Part shown: in pieces, positions 39,942 through 48,963 of the stretch
Position numbering within the stretch: position 1 is the first letter of the stretch
How the letters are laid out: the number at the start of each line of letters is the position of its first letter
Source of the DNA: a virus
Virus record (IMG/VR): IMGVR_UViG_3300028569_000021
Span: 29,778-93,777 of that record
DNA length: 64,000 bases
Direction: 5' to 3' (one strand)
Made by a program: the position numbers and the translations under genes
Notes under the pieces: generated by a model
The model's input: only the letters and a program-made list of their open reading frames with translations
The model's database searches: none
Told to the model about the DNA's origin: nothing

Positions 39942-40670
39942 TTATGTCAATTTAATGATTGGAGGTTTTGCTTTATCTTCTTCTGCTAGAAATTCTTTTT
40001 GATCTGCAAGAATACCCTTCATCTTACTTAATTGATCCATATTAATTAATGATTGATCTTCACCAAAGCAATCCCCATCTGAAGTTACATACAGACCTAT
40101 TTGAGCAATACGCTCTTCTGTTGTCCCATGTAGTTCAATTAAAATAGGTGAATCATCTTTTTGCAAAAAGAAAGGTGTTTCTTTTTTTTCATTTTGTGTT
40201 GTTTTATGAAGTGCTCTAAACAAATTATTAGTTTCGCTAATAAAGACAGGGTCTGTTTCTCTTGTATCATTATCTTCAATAACAGGAGGCATTAGATCTC
40301 TAAAGCAAACAAATATAATATCAAGACTTCTCATCGATTCCTTGACCTTCTTAATGGTATTAACCATAAACTCTTTAGTAAATTCTTTATTACCTTTGTC
40401 ATTTGCCCACATAGAATACACTAAATTATCAAGGGGACATCTATCGTATACTACTCTATCATGCAAAGTATAGGGTTTTACGTCAGAACAAAGAATATCT
40501 AAAATCTTACCTTGAGTTTCTGCATTTACATTCTTATTATGATTAGTAGTTTCTTTAACAATCTTCCTATAATCACTCTTAATAAGCTTGTAATTAGGCC
40601 ACTGTTTTAAAAAAGCTTTGATAGTAGTTGTCTTACCTGTACACGCCGCCCCGGAAAATGCAATTCTCAT
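39942..40670 (-). CDS. P-loop nucleotide kinase-like protein (AAA_28 type)
   Basis: IAFSGAACTGKTT, YDRCPLDNLVYS. Confidence 0.8.
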   Translation of the reverse strand: MRIAFSGAACTGKTTTIKAFLKQWPNYKLIKSDYRKIVKETTNHNKNVNAETQGKILDILCSDVKPYTLHDRVVYDRCPLDNLVYSMWANDKGNKEFTKEFMVNTIKKVKESMRSLDIIFVCFRDLMPPVIEDNDTRETDPVFISETNNLFRALHKTTQNEKKETPFFLQKDDSPILIELHGTTEERIAQIGLYVTSDGDCFGEDQSLINMDQLSKMKGILADQKEFLAEEDKAKPPIIKLT

Positions 40671-40704
40671 GCAATTATATTAGTATACCACTTTAAAAAA
40701 TCAA

Positions 40705-41922
40705 TTATTTTCTAAAAGGTTTAGCAAGAGAATTACCCACATCACCAAAGAAGTTGGATAATGATCCAGCAGCTCCTGTAAATTGTGATTGTGGTCTTAT
40801 AGCAGACCCTTCCCTTCTAACTTTAACGAAGTTAGATTTTTGATATTCTTGTTGACCTTTTGTAGGGTTAGGAATATAAAGTTGCATGTTTGGGTTATCT
40901 AATTCTTCTTGTCTAGCAGGGCGAAACTTACCCCCGCCCATATCAATATAAGCAGGATACTCTCTTCTATTGTACCTTATTGTAGGTCCTTTTCCTCCAG
41001 CTGGGGTTGTAGAGGATTTTACCGGTTGAGCTTTTCTAACCCCTACTCCATCAGAATATTCCTTTCCGCTTCTTAAAGCCTTTAATAAGCTTGTATTTTG
41101 CTGTGCAGTTCCTGTATACTCTTCAGGTGTATTTACAATACCCATACTTACAGCTAATTTTCTTCTAGCTTCAATGTCGCTAGGTTTCCCACTTTGTTGT
41201 AAAAACTCTACAATTGATACACCCTTGTAATCTTTAGAATAGTTATCATTACTAGTATTTTCTGGTTTAGCTTCTCCAGATTCTGGTTCCTTTATATCAA
41301 ATTGCTTATTTAATCTTTGTATAAATTCCGCATCGTTTTCTTGAGATGGATTAGATTTCAGAGAAAAACTATCTTCTTTAGTATCAAGATTGAAAGGTTG
41401 TGTATCTGGCGGTTTACTAGAAGAAGTACTAGTATTTTCTGGTTTAGCTTCTCCAGATTCTGGTTCCTTTATATCAAATTGCTTATTTAATCTTTGTGTA
41501 AATTCCGCATCGTTTTCTTGAGATGGATTAGATTTCAGAGAAAAACTATCTTCTTTAGTATCAAGATTGAAAGGTTGTGTATCTGGCGGTTTACTAGAAG
41601 AAGTACTAGATGATTTGTTAGTATCAACATATTTATAAAAAGTTTCATTTGGTTTAGGTAAAGAATCTGAAAGACTTGAAAAGCTATCAAAAAAATTATT
41701 ATTAGATTTTGAAGAGGTAAAAGTATTATCCTCAGGGGGAACACTATCTGCCTTATTAACAACGATAGATTTATTTTCTTTAGCTTTATTATTTTTTTCT
41801 TTATTATAAAAAACTGCAGTTTCAGGTGGAAGTTCATCTTCAGTTAAAAGCCCCTCATTTAAAGGTAAAGGGGTTTTTGGGTAAAAAATAACTTTTGTTT
41901 GTCTGTAAGGTTTAATTGTCAT
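40705..41922 (-). CDS. low-complexity hypothetical protein with a 59-aa tandem duplication
   Basis: ORF track; SIVEFL...SD..ARRKLA...YTGTAQQNTSLLKAL segment resembles a cell-wall-binding-type module. Confidence 0.65.
   Translation of the reverse strand: MTIKPYRQTKVIFYPKTPLPLNEGLLTEDELPPETAVFYNKEKNNKAKENKSIVVNKADSVPPEDNTFTSSKSNNNFFDSFSSLSDSLPKPNETFYKYVDTNKSSSTSSSKPPDTQPFNLDTKEDSFSLKSNPSQENDAEFTQRLNKQFDIKEPESGEAKPENTSTSSSKPPDTQPFNLDTKEDSFSLKSNPSQENDAEFIQRLNKQFDIKEPESGEAKPENTSNDNYSKDYKGVSIVEFLQQSGKPSDIEARRKLAVSMGIVNTPEEYTGTAQQNTSLLKALRSGKEYSDGVGVRKAQPVKSSTTPAGGKGPTIRYNRREYPAYIDMGGGKFRPARQEELDNPNMQLYIPNPTKGQQEYQKSNFVKVRREGSAIRPQSQFTGAAGSLSNFFGDVGNSLAKPFRK
41250..41609. repeat. 177-bp tandem duplication, two copies
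   Basis: Copies start at 41251 and 41428; one visible mismatch (Ile/Thr). Confidence 0.9.
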
Positions 41923-41925
41923 TTT

Positions 41926-42849
41926 TTATGGAACTATCACATAGCTTATTGCGTTTTCTTTATTATTATCATCAACAACATCGCCTACTTTTGGAGTTGT
42001 TCCGTCTTCTAATTTAAAAGGTTTGTTATAAGCTTTTTCATATTGAGATAAACTTATTTGTTTTCTATAACCTACCTTACCTGAGTACTCAGGGTTTTTT
42101 TCAATAGTTTGGGTAATCCCTTTACCTGTAGCAGATCTTATTCTTTGTCCAGCGTTTGTACTAGGTTTTAAAAAATTCTTACCCATCTTCGTTAAATTTT
42201 CCGCAGTATTAGGTAGATTAAAAGAACTAACGTCCTTTAAACTTTTTACTATATTATCCCTGTATGCTATGTTGTTCAATGTGGCTTCTTTTTTAGTTAA
42301 TGCGTGAAATAAATCTTCATAACCTGCTTGATTAATTACCCCTGCTTTTTTAAATCCCTCAAGTTTTTGTGTTACGAAGTTAGTAGCCCATTTAGATCTT
42401 TGAACCATACTAAGTAATTTGTCAAACTCTGACAATACATTATTGAAATTTCCTGTTTCAGCAGCTTTTCTAACAGCTTTTTGTAAGCCTGCTTTTATTC
42501 CTGCCCAAGCAGCTCCACCAAAGCCTGCCGCAAGTATTCCAAAATTAGGAAAAGCGCAGTAAATACAAATACCAAGTAAAACTGTATTAATATATGAGGG
42601 GTCATTATTCCATCTCTTTGCTTGTTTAATTAAATCTCCATAAGAAAGGACACCTGTAGGGTCTATTACTTGAGCAACAAACCACGCACCACTAATCATG
42701 TTATTCAAATCTTGATCACCAGGCGACTTTTGTGGTCCTTCTGGTGGTGAAGGTGAACCTGAAGGAGTAGGACCGGGGATACTTGAGTTTTGTTCTGTTA
42801 AATAAATAGATCTATAATTTTTAAAAAGTACTGTATCATCTCTAGTCAT
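41926..42849 (-). CDS. late protein with hydrophobic DPTG hairpin domain
   Basis: TAAATA-N6-ATG; leader ending YLTEQ; paralogous segment in 27552..28649. Confidence 0.65.
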   Translation of the reverse strand: MTRDDTVLFKNYRSIYLTEQNSSIPGPTPSGSPSPPEGPQKSPGDQDLNNMISGAWFVAQVIDPTGVLSYGDLIKQAKRWNNDPSYINTVLLGICIYCAFPNFGILAAGFGGAAWAGIKAGLQKAVRKAAETGNFNNVLSEFDKLLSMVQRSKWATNFVTQKLEGFKKAGVINQAGYEDLFHALTKKEATLNNIAYRDNIVKSLKDVSSFNLPNTAENLTKMGKNFLKPSTNAGQRIRSATGKGITQTIEKNPEYSGKVGYRKQISLSQYEKAYNKPFKLEDGTTPKVGDVVDDNNKENAISYVIVP

Positions 42850-42866
42850 ATTTTTTATTTATGTCG

Positions 42867-43496
42867 TTAGGTAGAAAAAATATCTAAAAAGCCACTTTTA
42901 ATTTTATCCAAAGCACCTACAATACTAAAATCTTCTTCTTCTGGCTTTAAATTATTAACTGCTGCATAATCTGCCTTTTTAAAGTCTGCTGGTGACATAG
43001 CAGGTGAACCTTGCCCTGTAAATGATCCACCTGCTAACAGTGTACCGCTACCGGTTGCTTGCTTATAAAAAGAAGAAACATACTGAGGCCATTGAGCATT
43101 GGTACCCTTAGGGTCGTTTGATGCTCCAGGGGGAGCGTACTTTGCCCCTATTTCAGGTATTGTATTTAGCCCTTGATTGATATACCCGCTTTTTAAAAAT
43201 CTTGCTTGATCAAAAATACTACTTTTAACATTACTATAATATTTATGGGTTTTGGTTTTTGGATCCCAAACTCCTCCTACACTATTATTTCTTTTAAAGG
43301 AGCTAGATGTACCTCTACCTGTCTCGAGCATAGCTATAGAAGCAGTAAGATAAGGATCTATATTATATTCTACACCTGCAGCAACAAAATCAGCAGCGTA
43401 CGGTTTAAGACCTCCTTGTAAAAAAGTTTGTAAATCTCTTACTACCTTTTCTTTGTCTAGAATATTTTCGTAAATATATTGCTTAAATGATTGCAC
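42867..43496 (-). CDS. GH73 glucosaminidase-like peptidoglycan hydrolase with capsid-targeting-like leader
   Basis: IDPYL..SIAMLETGRG, NNSVGG, KYAP...NAQW; MQSFKQYIYE leader. Confidence 0.8.
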   Translation of the reverse strand: MQSFKQYIYENILDKEKVVRDLQTFLQGGLKPYAADFVAAGVEYNIDPYLTASIAMLETGRGTSSSFKRNNSVGGVWDPKTKTHKYYSNVKSSIFDQARFLKSGYINQGLNTIPEIGAKYAPPGASNDPKGTNAQWPQYVSSFYKQATGSGTLLAGGSFTGQGSPAMSPADFKKADYAAVNNLKPEEEDFSIVGALDKIKSGFLDIFST

Positions 43497-43510
43497 TTAT
43501 TTATTTAGTA

Positions 43511-44152
43511 TTAAGCGCCAAAAATATCACTTATACCAGTCTTTATAGCATTCAATGCTCCTTGTATTGAGTCAGAGCTTGACTCAACATCACTACCCCC
43601 GGGGGTAGTACTTGAACCTACCCCGTCAATAGCTGCTTCTGGTTCTTCTTGTTCTTCAGGTGAACCTTGAGTAGAAGGTGGCGCAACTGAACCATCACCC
43701 ATAACTTTTTGCTTTCCACTATACTCTGCTACATTACCTGTATAATCAAAATGATGTCTCTCGTTAGTAGAATTTAATTGTTTAAACCCATATTTACCGC
43801 CGTTTTTTACAAACCACTCCCAAGACTCATCTTTAGTTAAATCAATAGATAATCCAAACCCGTGATTAGATCTACCAGGTCTAGCAGCTTGACCAGCTCC
43901 ATACTGTCTAAAAATCATATTCTGCTGGTCAATATTACGATACGAACTATTAGGGCCTGCTAGTGTTAGGGGTTTACCTACACTAGCCTGGCAATCTCTT
44001 TGAGCTCTTTCGAAAGCTGCAGCTGCAGAACCAACTAACTTATTACCCTGCCTATCAATAGGTCTCATTAAATTGTCAGGTACTTGACCGTTAACAATTT
44101 TATTTGAATCTAGTTGAGTAACTTCGTTTAAAAAGGCCTTAAAGGTAATCAC
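43511..44152 (-). CDS. M15B (VanY-like) D,D-peptidase with capsid-targeting-like leader
   Basis: SSYR..DQQ, AARPGRSNHGFGLSID, ERHHFDY; MITFKAFLNE leader. Confidence 0.85.
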   Translation of the reverse strand: MITFKAFLNEVTQLDSNKIVNGQVPDNLMRPIDRQGNKLVGSAAAAFERAQRDCQASVGKPLTLAGPNSSYRNIDQQNMIFRQYGAGQAARPGRSNHGFGLSIDLTKDESWEWFVKNGGKYGFKQLNSTNERHHFDYTGNVAEYSGKQKVMGDGSVAPPSTQGSPEEQEEPEAAIDGVGSSTTPGGSDVESSSDSIQGALNAIKTGISDIFGA

Positions 44153-44156
44153 ATAA

Positions 44157-44354
44157 TTACTTATTAATTACTTCACTAATAACTTTCTTAAGATCTTGAG
44201 TGTATTTGGAAACAAATCCATCAATTGCCCTGTTACCTGCTTCAATGCCACTCGTCTTAACAATGTTCAAAAGATTTTCCGAATTAAAAACTACTGCAAT
44301 GCTTTTTGGTTCGCCTACTTCTGGGGTAACATCCGTTCTAATTGTAATATTCAT
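44157..44354 (-). CDS. small hypothetical late protein
   Basis: TAAATA-N5-ATG. Confidence 0.6.
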   Translation of the reverse strand: MNITIRTDVTPEVGEPKSIAVVFNSENLLNIVKTSGIEAGNRAIDGFVSKYTQDLKKVISEVINK

Positions 44355-44387
44355 GAACGTATTTATGATACACGTTTAAAAAAGCAA

Positions 44388-45383
44388 TTATCTTACTTTA
44401 GGATTTGTTGGTTTGGCTTTAGGGGCTGCTGTTGTCTTTGTTTGTGTTGTAGGTGCTTTAGGCGCCGCTGTTTTTGATTGATACCCAAAACGTGCACTAC
44501 CACCAGGGTTAACTTGCCCTGCTGTTCCCGTAGCCACGTTCTTAGCAGTGTCACCTGCTCTTCCTAAGAAGTTTGAAACTGATCCTAAAACACCTGGTAG
44601 TTTACTGTTCTGTCTTTCAGCATAACCTGGGGGTAAGTTTGCTGGTACAGCTCTCTGTACTTGCGCTTTAGGATTGTAGCTGCCTCCAGGTGAAGTAGCA
44701 GTAGGGGCAGCAGGAGCTGCTGTTTTTATTTGACCTGGTTTATTACCTCCCCCGGGCATAGCTGCACTTACAGATGCTTGACCAGTCATTTGAGCCATCT
44801 TACGTCTATCCATGGAGCTGTTAGGATTGAAGGCTGTTCCATGCATTTTTTTAAATGCATCGAGCTGGGCTTGTTGTTGTACCTTACCGGAAGTTTGTTG
44901 AACTTGCTGTTGAGTATTAGAATTAGATAAATTAGTCGCAGCTTGCTGCATTGTAGAAGAAGCTGTAGGTTGCGCTTTAGGTGCAGATACCTGTACAGGT
45001 GTTACACTCATGGGGTTAGTCATAGTGTTAAATGTAGGTTGTGCAGCTGTAGGAGCTGAAGTTGACCAATACCCCGCCAAGGGAAGATCGTGCTGCACGC
45101 CCATATTATTAAAAAAAGAAACTGCTGGGTTAGACCCGTCTAATTGAGTGTTTGGATCAGAAGTACTCGTCACATTTGTTTTTATATTATTAGCAGCTGG
45201 GGTGGTGGGAACAACTGGAGTATTTGGAGTAGCTGTTCTAAATTTTGGTTGAGGTTTAGCAGCTGCTGCAGCTGCTGCAGCTATAGCTGCCTGTCCATCA
45301 AGGGTAGAAGGGTCCATTCTTTCAGCTAAAATACTATTATAATAATTAAGAAAAATGCTTTTTGAATCTCTATCGAATGCCAT
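44388..45383 (-). CDS. Ala/Pro/Thr/Gln-rich, probably disordered late protein
   Basis: TAAATA-N5-ATG; leader ending ILAE; low complexity. Confidence 0.65.
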   Translation of the reverse strand: MAFDRDSKSIFLNYYNSILAERMDPSTLDGQAAIAAAAAAAAKPQPKFRTATPNTPVVPTTPAANNIKTNVTSTSDPNTQLDGSNPAVSFFNNMGVQHDLPLAGYWSTSAPTAAQPTFNTMTNPMSVTPVQVSAPKAQPTASSTMQQAATNLSNSNTQQQVQQTSGKVQQQAQLDAFKKMHGTAFNPNSSMDRRKMAQMTGQASVSAAMPGGGNKPGQIKTAAPAAPTATSPGGSYNPKAQVQRAVPANLPPGYAERQNSKLPGVLGSVSNFLGRAGDTAKNVATGTAGQVNPGGSARFGYQSKTAAPKAPTTQTKTTAAPKAKPTNPKVR

Positions 45384-45508
45384 ATATTTATTTATTAAAC
45401 CTTGAGAGCTATAAGCGTGTTTTATTTATACTATTTTTGTTAAACGTCAAATAAGAATAAGGCTGGAAAGGTAAAACTTGGAGACATTTAGGTTGGTCCT
45501 GTGTTCCT

Positions 45509-46264
45509 CTACACACGCAAAGCTAAATCCCAAATTATTAATTGCAATCTAGGAGAAAAGTTTACATGCATCGCTTTTGCATATTCTGCAACAGCAGTAG
45601 CATTTTTAATATGCTCTTGTCTGGAACCACAGCAAGGCATAAACCAAATACGATCAACAGGTACTTTAACATTCTCATTAACTACATACTTTTTCCAAAT
45701 TTCTTCTATATCCCTATCTGAACTAATTACAAATTTAAACCCAGATTTATTTCTAATATGCCAGTTAAGAACATCAGGCTTATATGTCTTCTTTTCTGGA
45801 TCACCATTAGTGGTAAGTTTAGGAGATGTAGTAAAGGTTGCGTTATATCTCCAAATCCATTCTTGGGACGGTTCAAGTGTAGCGTTAGTCTCAAAATCAA
45901 TCTTAGGTATAAAATTATACCTATCAACAAAAACTTTTATAAAATTAAGCAATGACTTTTCTTGTATAATTGGCTCACCACCAGTAATCTTAAAGATGGC
46001 GCCTCTCTCTAAATGCTCTATGTATAAATTGTTTTCCATATACTTAAAAATATCTTCAAAAGACATTTTATTTTTTACAGACCACGAAACAAAAGAATCG
46101 CATCCATGCGGTGAATCATCAGAAGCAAACCCCTTACAGGTCAAATTACACATTGACAGTCTCATAAAAATAGAAGGTTTACCTACATACTCACCCTCTC
46201 CTTCTATAGTATAGAAAATCTTATCATCAGACAAAAACAAATATTTGCTCTCAATATCAATCAT
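45509..46264 (-). CDS. queE: 7-carboxy-7-deazaguanine synthase (radical SAM)
   Basis: FYTIEGEG, CNLTC...CDS with an extended CxxxC-xn-C loop, ITGGEP, ETN, SPKL, PRLQ; start set by a promoter at N6. Confidence 0.9.
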   Translation of the reverse strand: MIDIESKYLFLSDDKIFYTIEGEGEYVGKPSIFMRLSMCNLTCKGFASDDSPHGCDSFVSWSVKNKMSFEDIFKYMENNLYIEHLERGAIFKITGGEPIIQEKSLLNFIKVFVDRYNFIPKIDFETNATLEPSQEWIWRYNATFTTSPKLTTNGDPEKKTYKPDVLNWHIRNKSGFKFVISSDRDIEEIWKKYVVNENVKVPVDRIWFMPCCGSRQEHIKNATAVAEYAKAMHVNFSPRLQLIIWDLALRV

Positions 46265-46312
46265 ATTATTATTATATGCGATATCTTGCATACATCAAGA
46301 CTAAATATAATT

Positions 46313-47203
46313 GTGAGTAAAAAAAGTCACACTAAGGAGAGGTCTGTAAAAAAGACAACAACTAGAACTGCAGTAGTATCGTTATCAGGTGATAATACAC
46401 CATACGTCTTCCAAAGAGATAAAATTAATTACGAAATTAAACCAAGAGAACTTAAGTGGACGGAAAAGCAAAAAGCTATTATAGAACTCATAACCCATAA
46501 AGATACTAAAGTGGTATTTTTAAATGGACCGGCCGGTTGTAGTAAGTCTCTACTAGCTGTATTTTGTGCTCTTAAATTACTTGGAACTAAACGAGTAAGT
46601 GAAATTATTTACGTTAGATCTATTGTAGAGAGTGCAACTAGAAGCCTAGGATCTCTTCCAGGTGAGGCAGAAGATAAATTTAAACCTTTTGCTGCTCCAA
46701 TGGTAGATAAGATGGAAGAGCTCTTAAAAGAGAGCGATATTAAGAGACTCTTTATTGATGATAGAATCAAACCTATACCAGTTAACTATCTTAGAGGCGC
46801 TTCGTATAACGTAAATTTTGTTATTGCTGATGAAATGCAAAACGCTGTCTTTTCAGAAATACAAACTATAATGACTAGAATTGGTCAATTTAGTAAATTT
46901 GTATTTTGTGGGGATCCTGCACAGTCCGATTTACCTCCAGGTAAATCAGGTTTTCAAGAAATTTATAACACCTTCAACAATGAAGAAGCAAAAAGTAAAG
47001 GAATTTACTGTGTAGAATTATCTGAAGAAGATATTATGAGATCTGAAATCTGCAAATTTATTGTTAAAACATTTAAAGATCTTAGAGAAAAGCAAAACGC
47101 TGCTGCACTTTTACATGCAGCAGCGCATAAGAAGTCCTCAATTACACCTTGTCCTTCTACGATCCCCAGCTGGTCCCCGCAAAGGGATTCGACCATCCTG
47201 TAG
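46313..47203 (+). CDS. phoH: PhoH family ATPase
   Basis: GPAGCSKS, LGSLPG, YLRGAS, ADEMQN, TRIG, GDPAQSDL; GTG start 5 nt after TAAATA. Confidence 0.92.
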   Translation: MSKKSHTKERSVKKTTTRTAVVSLSGDNTPYVFQRDKINYEIKPRELKWTEKQKAIIELITHKDTKVVFLNGPAGCSKSLLAVFCALKLLGTKRVSEIIYVRSIVESATRSLGSLPGEAEDKFKPFAAPMVDKMEELLKESDIKRLFIDDRIKPIPVNYLRGASYNVNFVIADEMQNAVFSEIQTIMTRIGQFSKFVFCGDPAQSDLPPGKSGFQEIYNTFNNEEAKSKGIYCVELSEEDIMRSEICKFIVKTFKDLREKQNAAALLHAAAHKKSSITPCPSTIPSWSPQRDSTIL

Positions 47204-47774
47204 AGCGGTTGTTACCAACCGGTGCGGCGTTGTTATTTACACCAGCCTGAAGAGGCTGAGTAGGCTCAATAAAGCTATTTAAATCTATTTTAATAGGTGT
47301 AATATCTTGTTTTACGTTAAAACTTTTTGTAGCTTCCTTTTCGTATATTGCTGAATTAAGCTCATGCTCAAATACTTCCACCTTTTCACACCACACTCTA
47401 CCGCTTGTTTTAAATTTAACGTAGCTATCGGCACTATTGAAGACGAATTCTGCAAATTTTTCAATACCAACACCCTCGTCGAATACTACAATGTCAACTG
47501 CTCCATACCTCTCTAGCTCTCTAAAAGCTGATTTCGCTGGATCATCTTTACTAATAATTAATTTATGATCAAAAGTTTTTTGTAAACTTTCTTTAAGTTC
47601 TTTAAGATCAGAAAAATCGAACACCCAATTACATTCATTAAGCTCATTAGCTCCAAACCAAAGCTTAGCCTTGAGTTGATAACCATGTACTTTACTGCAA
47701 TGGCTTTTAGCGTTTGGTTGCCTGAACGCAGTTGAACCCAATTCAATAACTTTTGTAGAATAATGTCTTGTCAT
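47157..47774 (-). CDS. queD: 6-carboxytetrahydropterin synthase
   Basis: FRQP..SHC..VHGY, WVFDF, FDHKL, VEVFEH. Confidence 0.88.
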   Translation of the reverse strand: MTRHYSTKVIELGSTAFRQPNAKSHCSKVHGYQLKAKLWFGANELNECNWVFDFSDLKELKESLQKTFDHKLIISKDDPAKSAFRELERYGAVDIVVFDEGVGIEKFAEFVFNSADSYVKFKTSGRVWCEKVEVFEHELNSAIYEKEATKSFNVKQDITPIKIDLNSFIEPTQPLQAGVNNNAAPVGNNRSTGWSNPFAGTSWGS

Positions 47775-47797
47775 ATTGTTATATTATATTATTTTTA

Positions 47798-48235
47798 TTA
47801 TAAGTCAATATCTCTATTAACTTCATCTAGATTTTCTATAATATGTTTTAAAAATTTATAAACGTATTTTTGTAATTTAATTTTTTTTAATCTAGTATAA
47901 TCTACCCAGTCGTATGCCAAGTGTTCATCTGAAATACTAACATCAAAAGGTTTATCTACAAGGCTAATAAAAGAATAAAACATTCTACTATCATTTTTTA
48001 ATGGTAATTCTTTTATAAATTTACCTGGGCAACTGCCAATCTCTTCTTCTGATTCTCGCCTAGCAGTTTGCTCCGGAGCTTCACCTTCATTAGGCTTACC
48101 TCCAGGAAAGCCCCAGCACTTGTTTGGCTTTTTTAAAACCAAAACCTTTTTACCATCAAAAAATATAACACCAGCTCCAGAGTAATGTCCAATTTTTGAT
48201 TTAATAATTTTATTAAAAATGTCTTGTATTTCCAT
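47798..48235 (-). CDS. NUDIX hydrolase
   Basis: WGFPGG...GEAPEQTARRESEEEIG Nudix box. Confidence 0.9.
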   Translation of the reverse strand: MEIQDIFNKIIKSKIGHYSGAGVIFFDGKKVLVLKKPNKCWGFPGGKPNEGEAPEQTARRESEEEIGSCPGKFIKELPLKNDSRMFYSFISLVDKPFDVSISDEHLAYDWVDYTRLKKIKLQKYVYKFLKHIIENLDEVNRDIDL

Positions 48236-48256
48236 ACATACTATTTATCATATACT

Positions 48257-48688
48257 ATGATGCAAGTTTTTCTACCATACAAAAGTTTTGAAGAGTCAGC
48301 CAAGGTACTAGACATGAAACGTCTAGGTAAACAAAGGGTTGAAGTGTTACAGCTCTTAAACAGTATACAAAAAATTAATAATAACGAGCCTATTAGAGGG
48401 TGGAAAAATCACCCTTGTAGAAAGATGTGGCATAACTACTCAAACGCTTTAGTTCATTACGGGCAAGTAATTTGTAATGAATGGAAATCTAGAGGTTACA
48501 AAGATACCTGCTACGAAAAAATTTCTAGTCATTATGATCACTCAAAACCTACAGTATATCCAAATTTTGTAGGTAATGAAGATTTTCATAAATCTCATAG
48601 ATCTATGCTCATACAAAAGCAACCGGACTTCTATAGACCAAAATTTCCTAATACACCAGATAACCTAGAATACATCTGGCCAGAATAA
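48257..48688 (+). CDS. pyrimidine-dimer DNA glycosylase-like protein (DenV/MSMEG_6728 family)
   Basis: MQVFLPY..F..SA..LD.KRLGKQRVE, NHPC..MW, HKSHRSML. Confidence 0.8.
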   Translation: MMQVFLPYKSFEESAKVLDMKRLGKQRVEVLQLLNSIQKINNNEPIRGWKNHPCRKMWHNYSNALVHYGQVICNEWKSRGYKDTCYEKISSHYDHSKPTVYPNFVGNEDFHKSHRSMLIQKQPDFYRPKFPNTPDNLEYIWPE

Positions 48689-48696
48689 ATATAAAC

Positions 48697-48963
48697 ATGC
48701 TTAATTTTAATAACTTAGTTTCTAACCTTATTGAAGGTTGCAATGTAGAGGCTAATGAACTAAAAAAGGGTGATACAGTTAAAGATATTAACCCATCTTG
48801 TAAAGAGCGTAATGCCAAAGGTAAGGTAAAGAGTGTTAAAAAGATAAAGGACGGTAAAAGGACAGCAGGTAATTTAGTTGAGATAGAAGTAAAAAATAAA
48901 GGTAAACACTTTAAGCCAGGCGATAAAATTAAAAAAACGGAAATCCAGCTTAAGAAACTTTAA
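48697..48963 (+). CDS. small basic late protein
   Basis: TAAATA-N5-ATG; leader MLNFNNLVSNLIE. Confidence 0.65.
   Translation: MLNFNNLVSNLIEGCNVEANELKKGDTVKDINPSCKERNAKGKVKSVKKIKDGKRTAGNLVEIEVKNKGKHFKPGDKIKKTEIQLKKL

Noticed and set aside
45501-46214. 237-aa plus-strand ORF
   Set aside because: Antisense to queE, no motifs or promoter.
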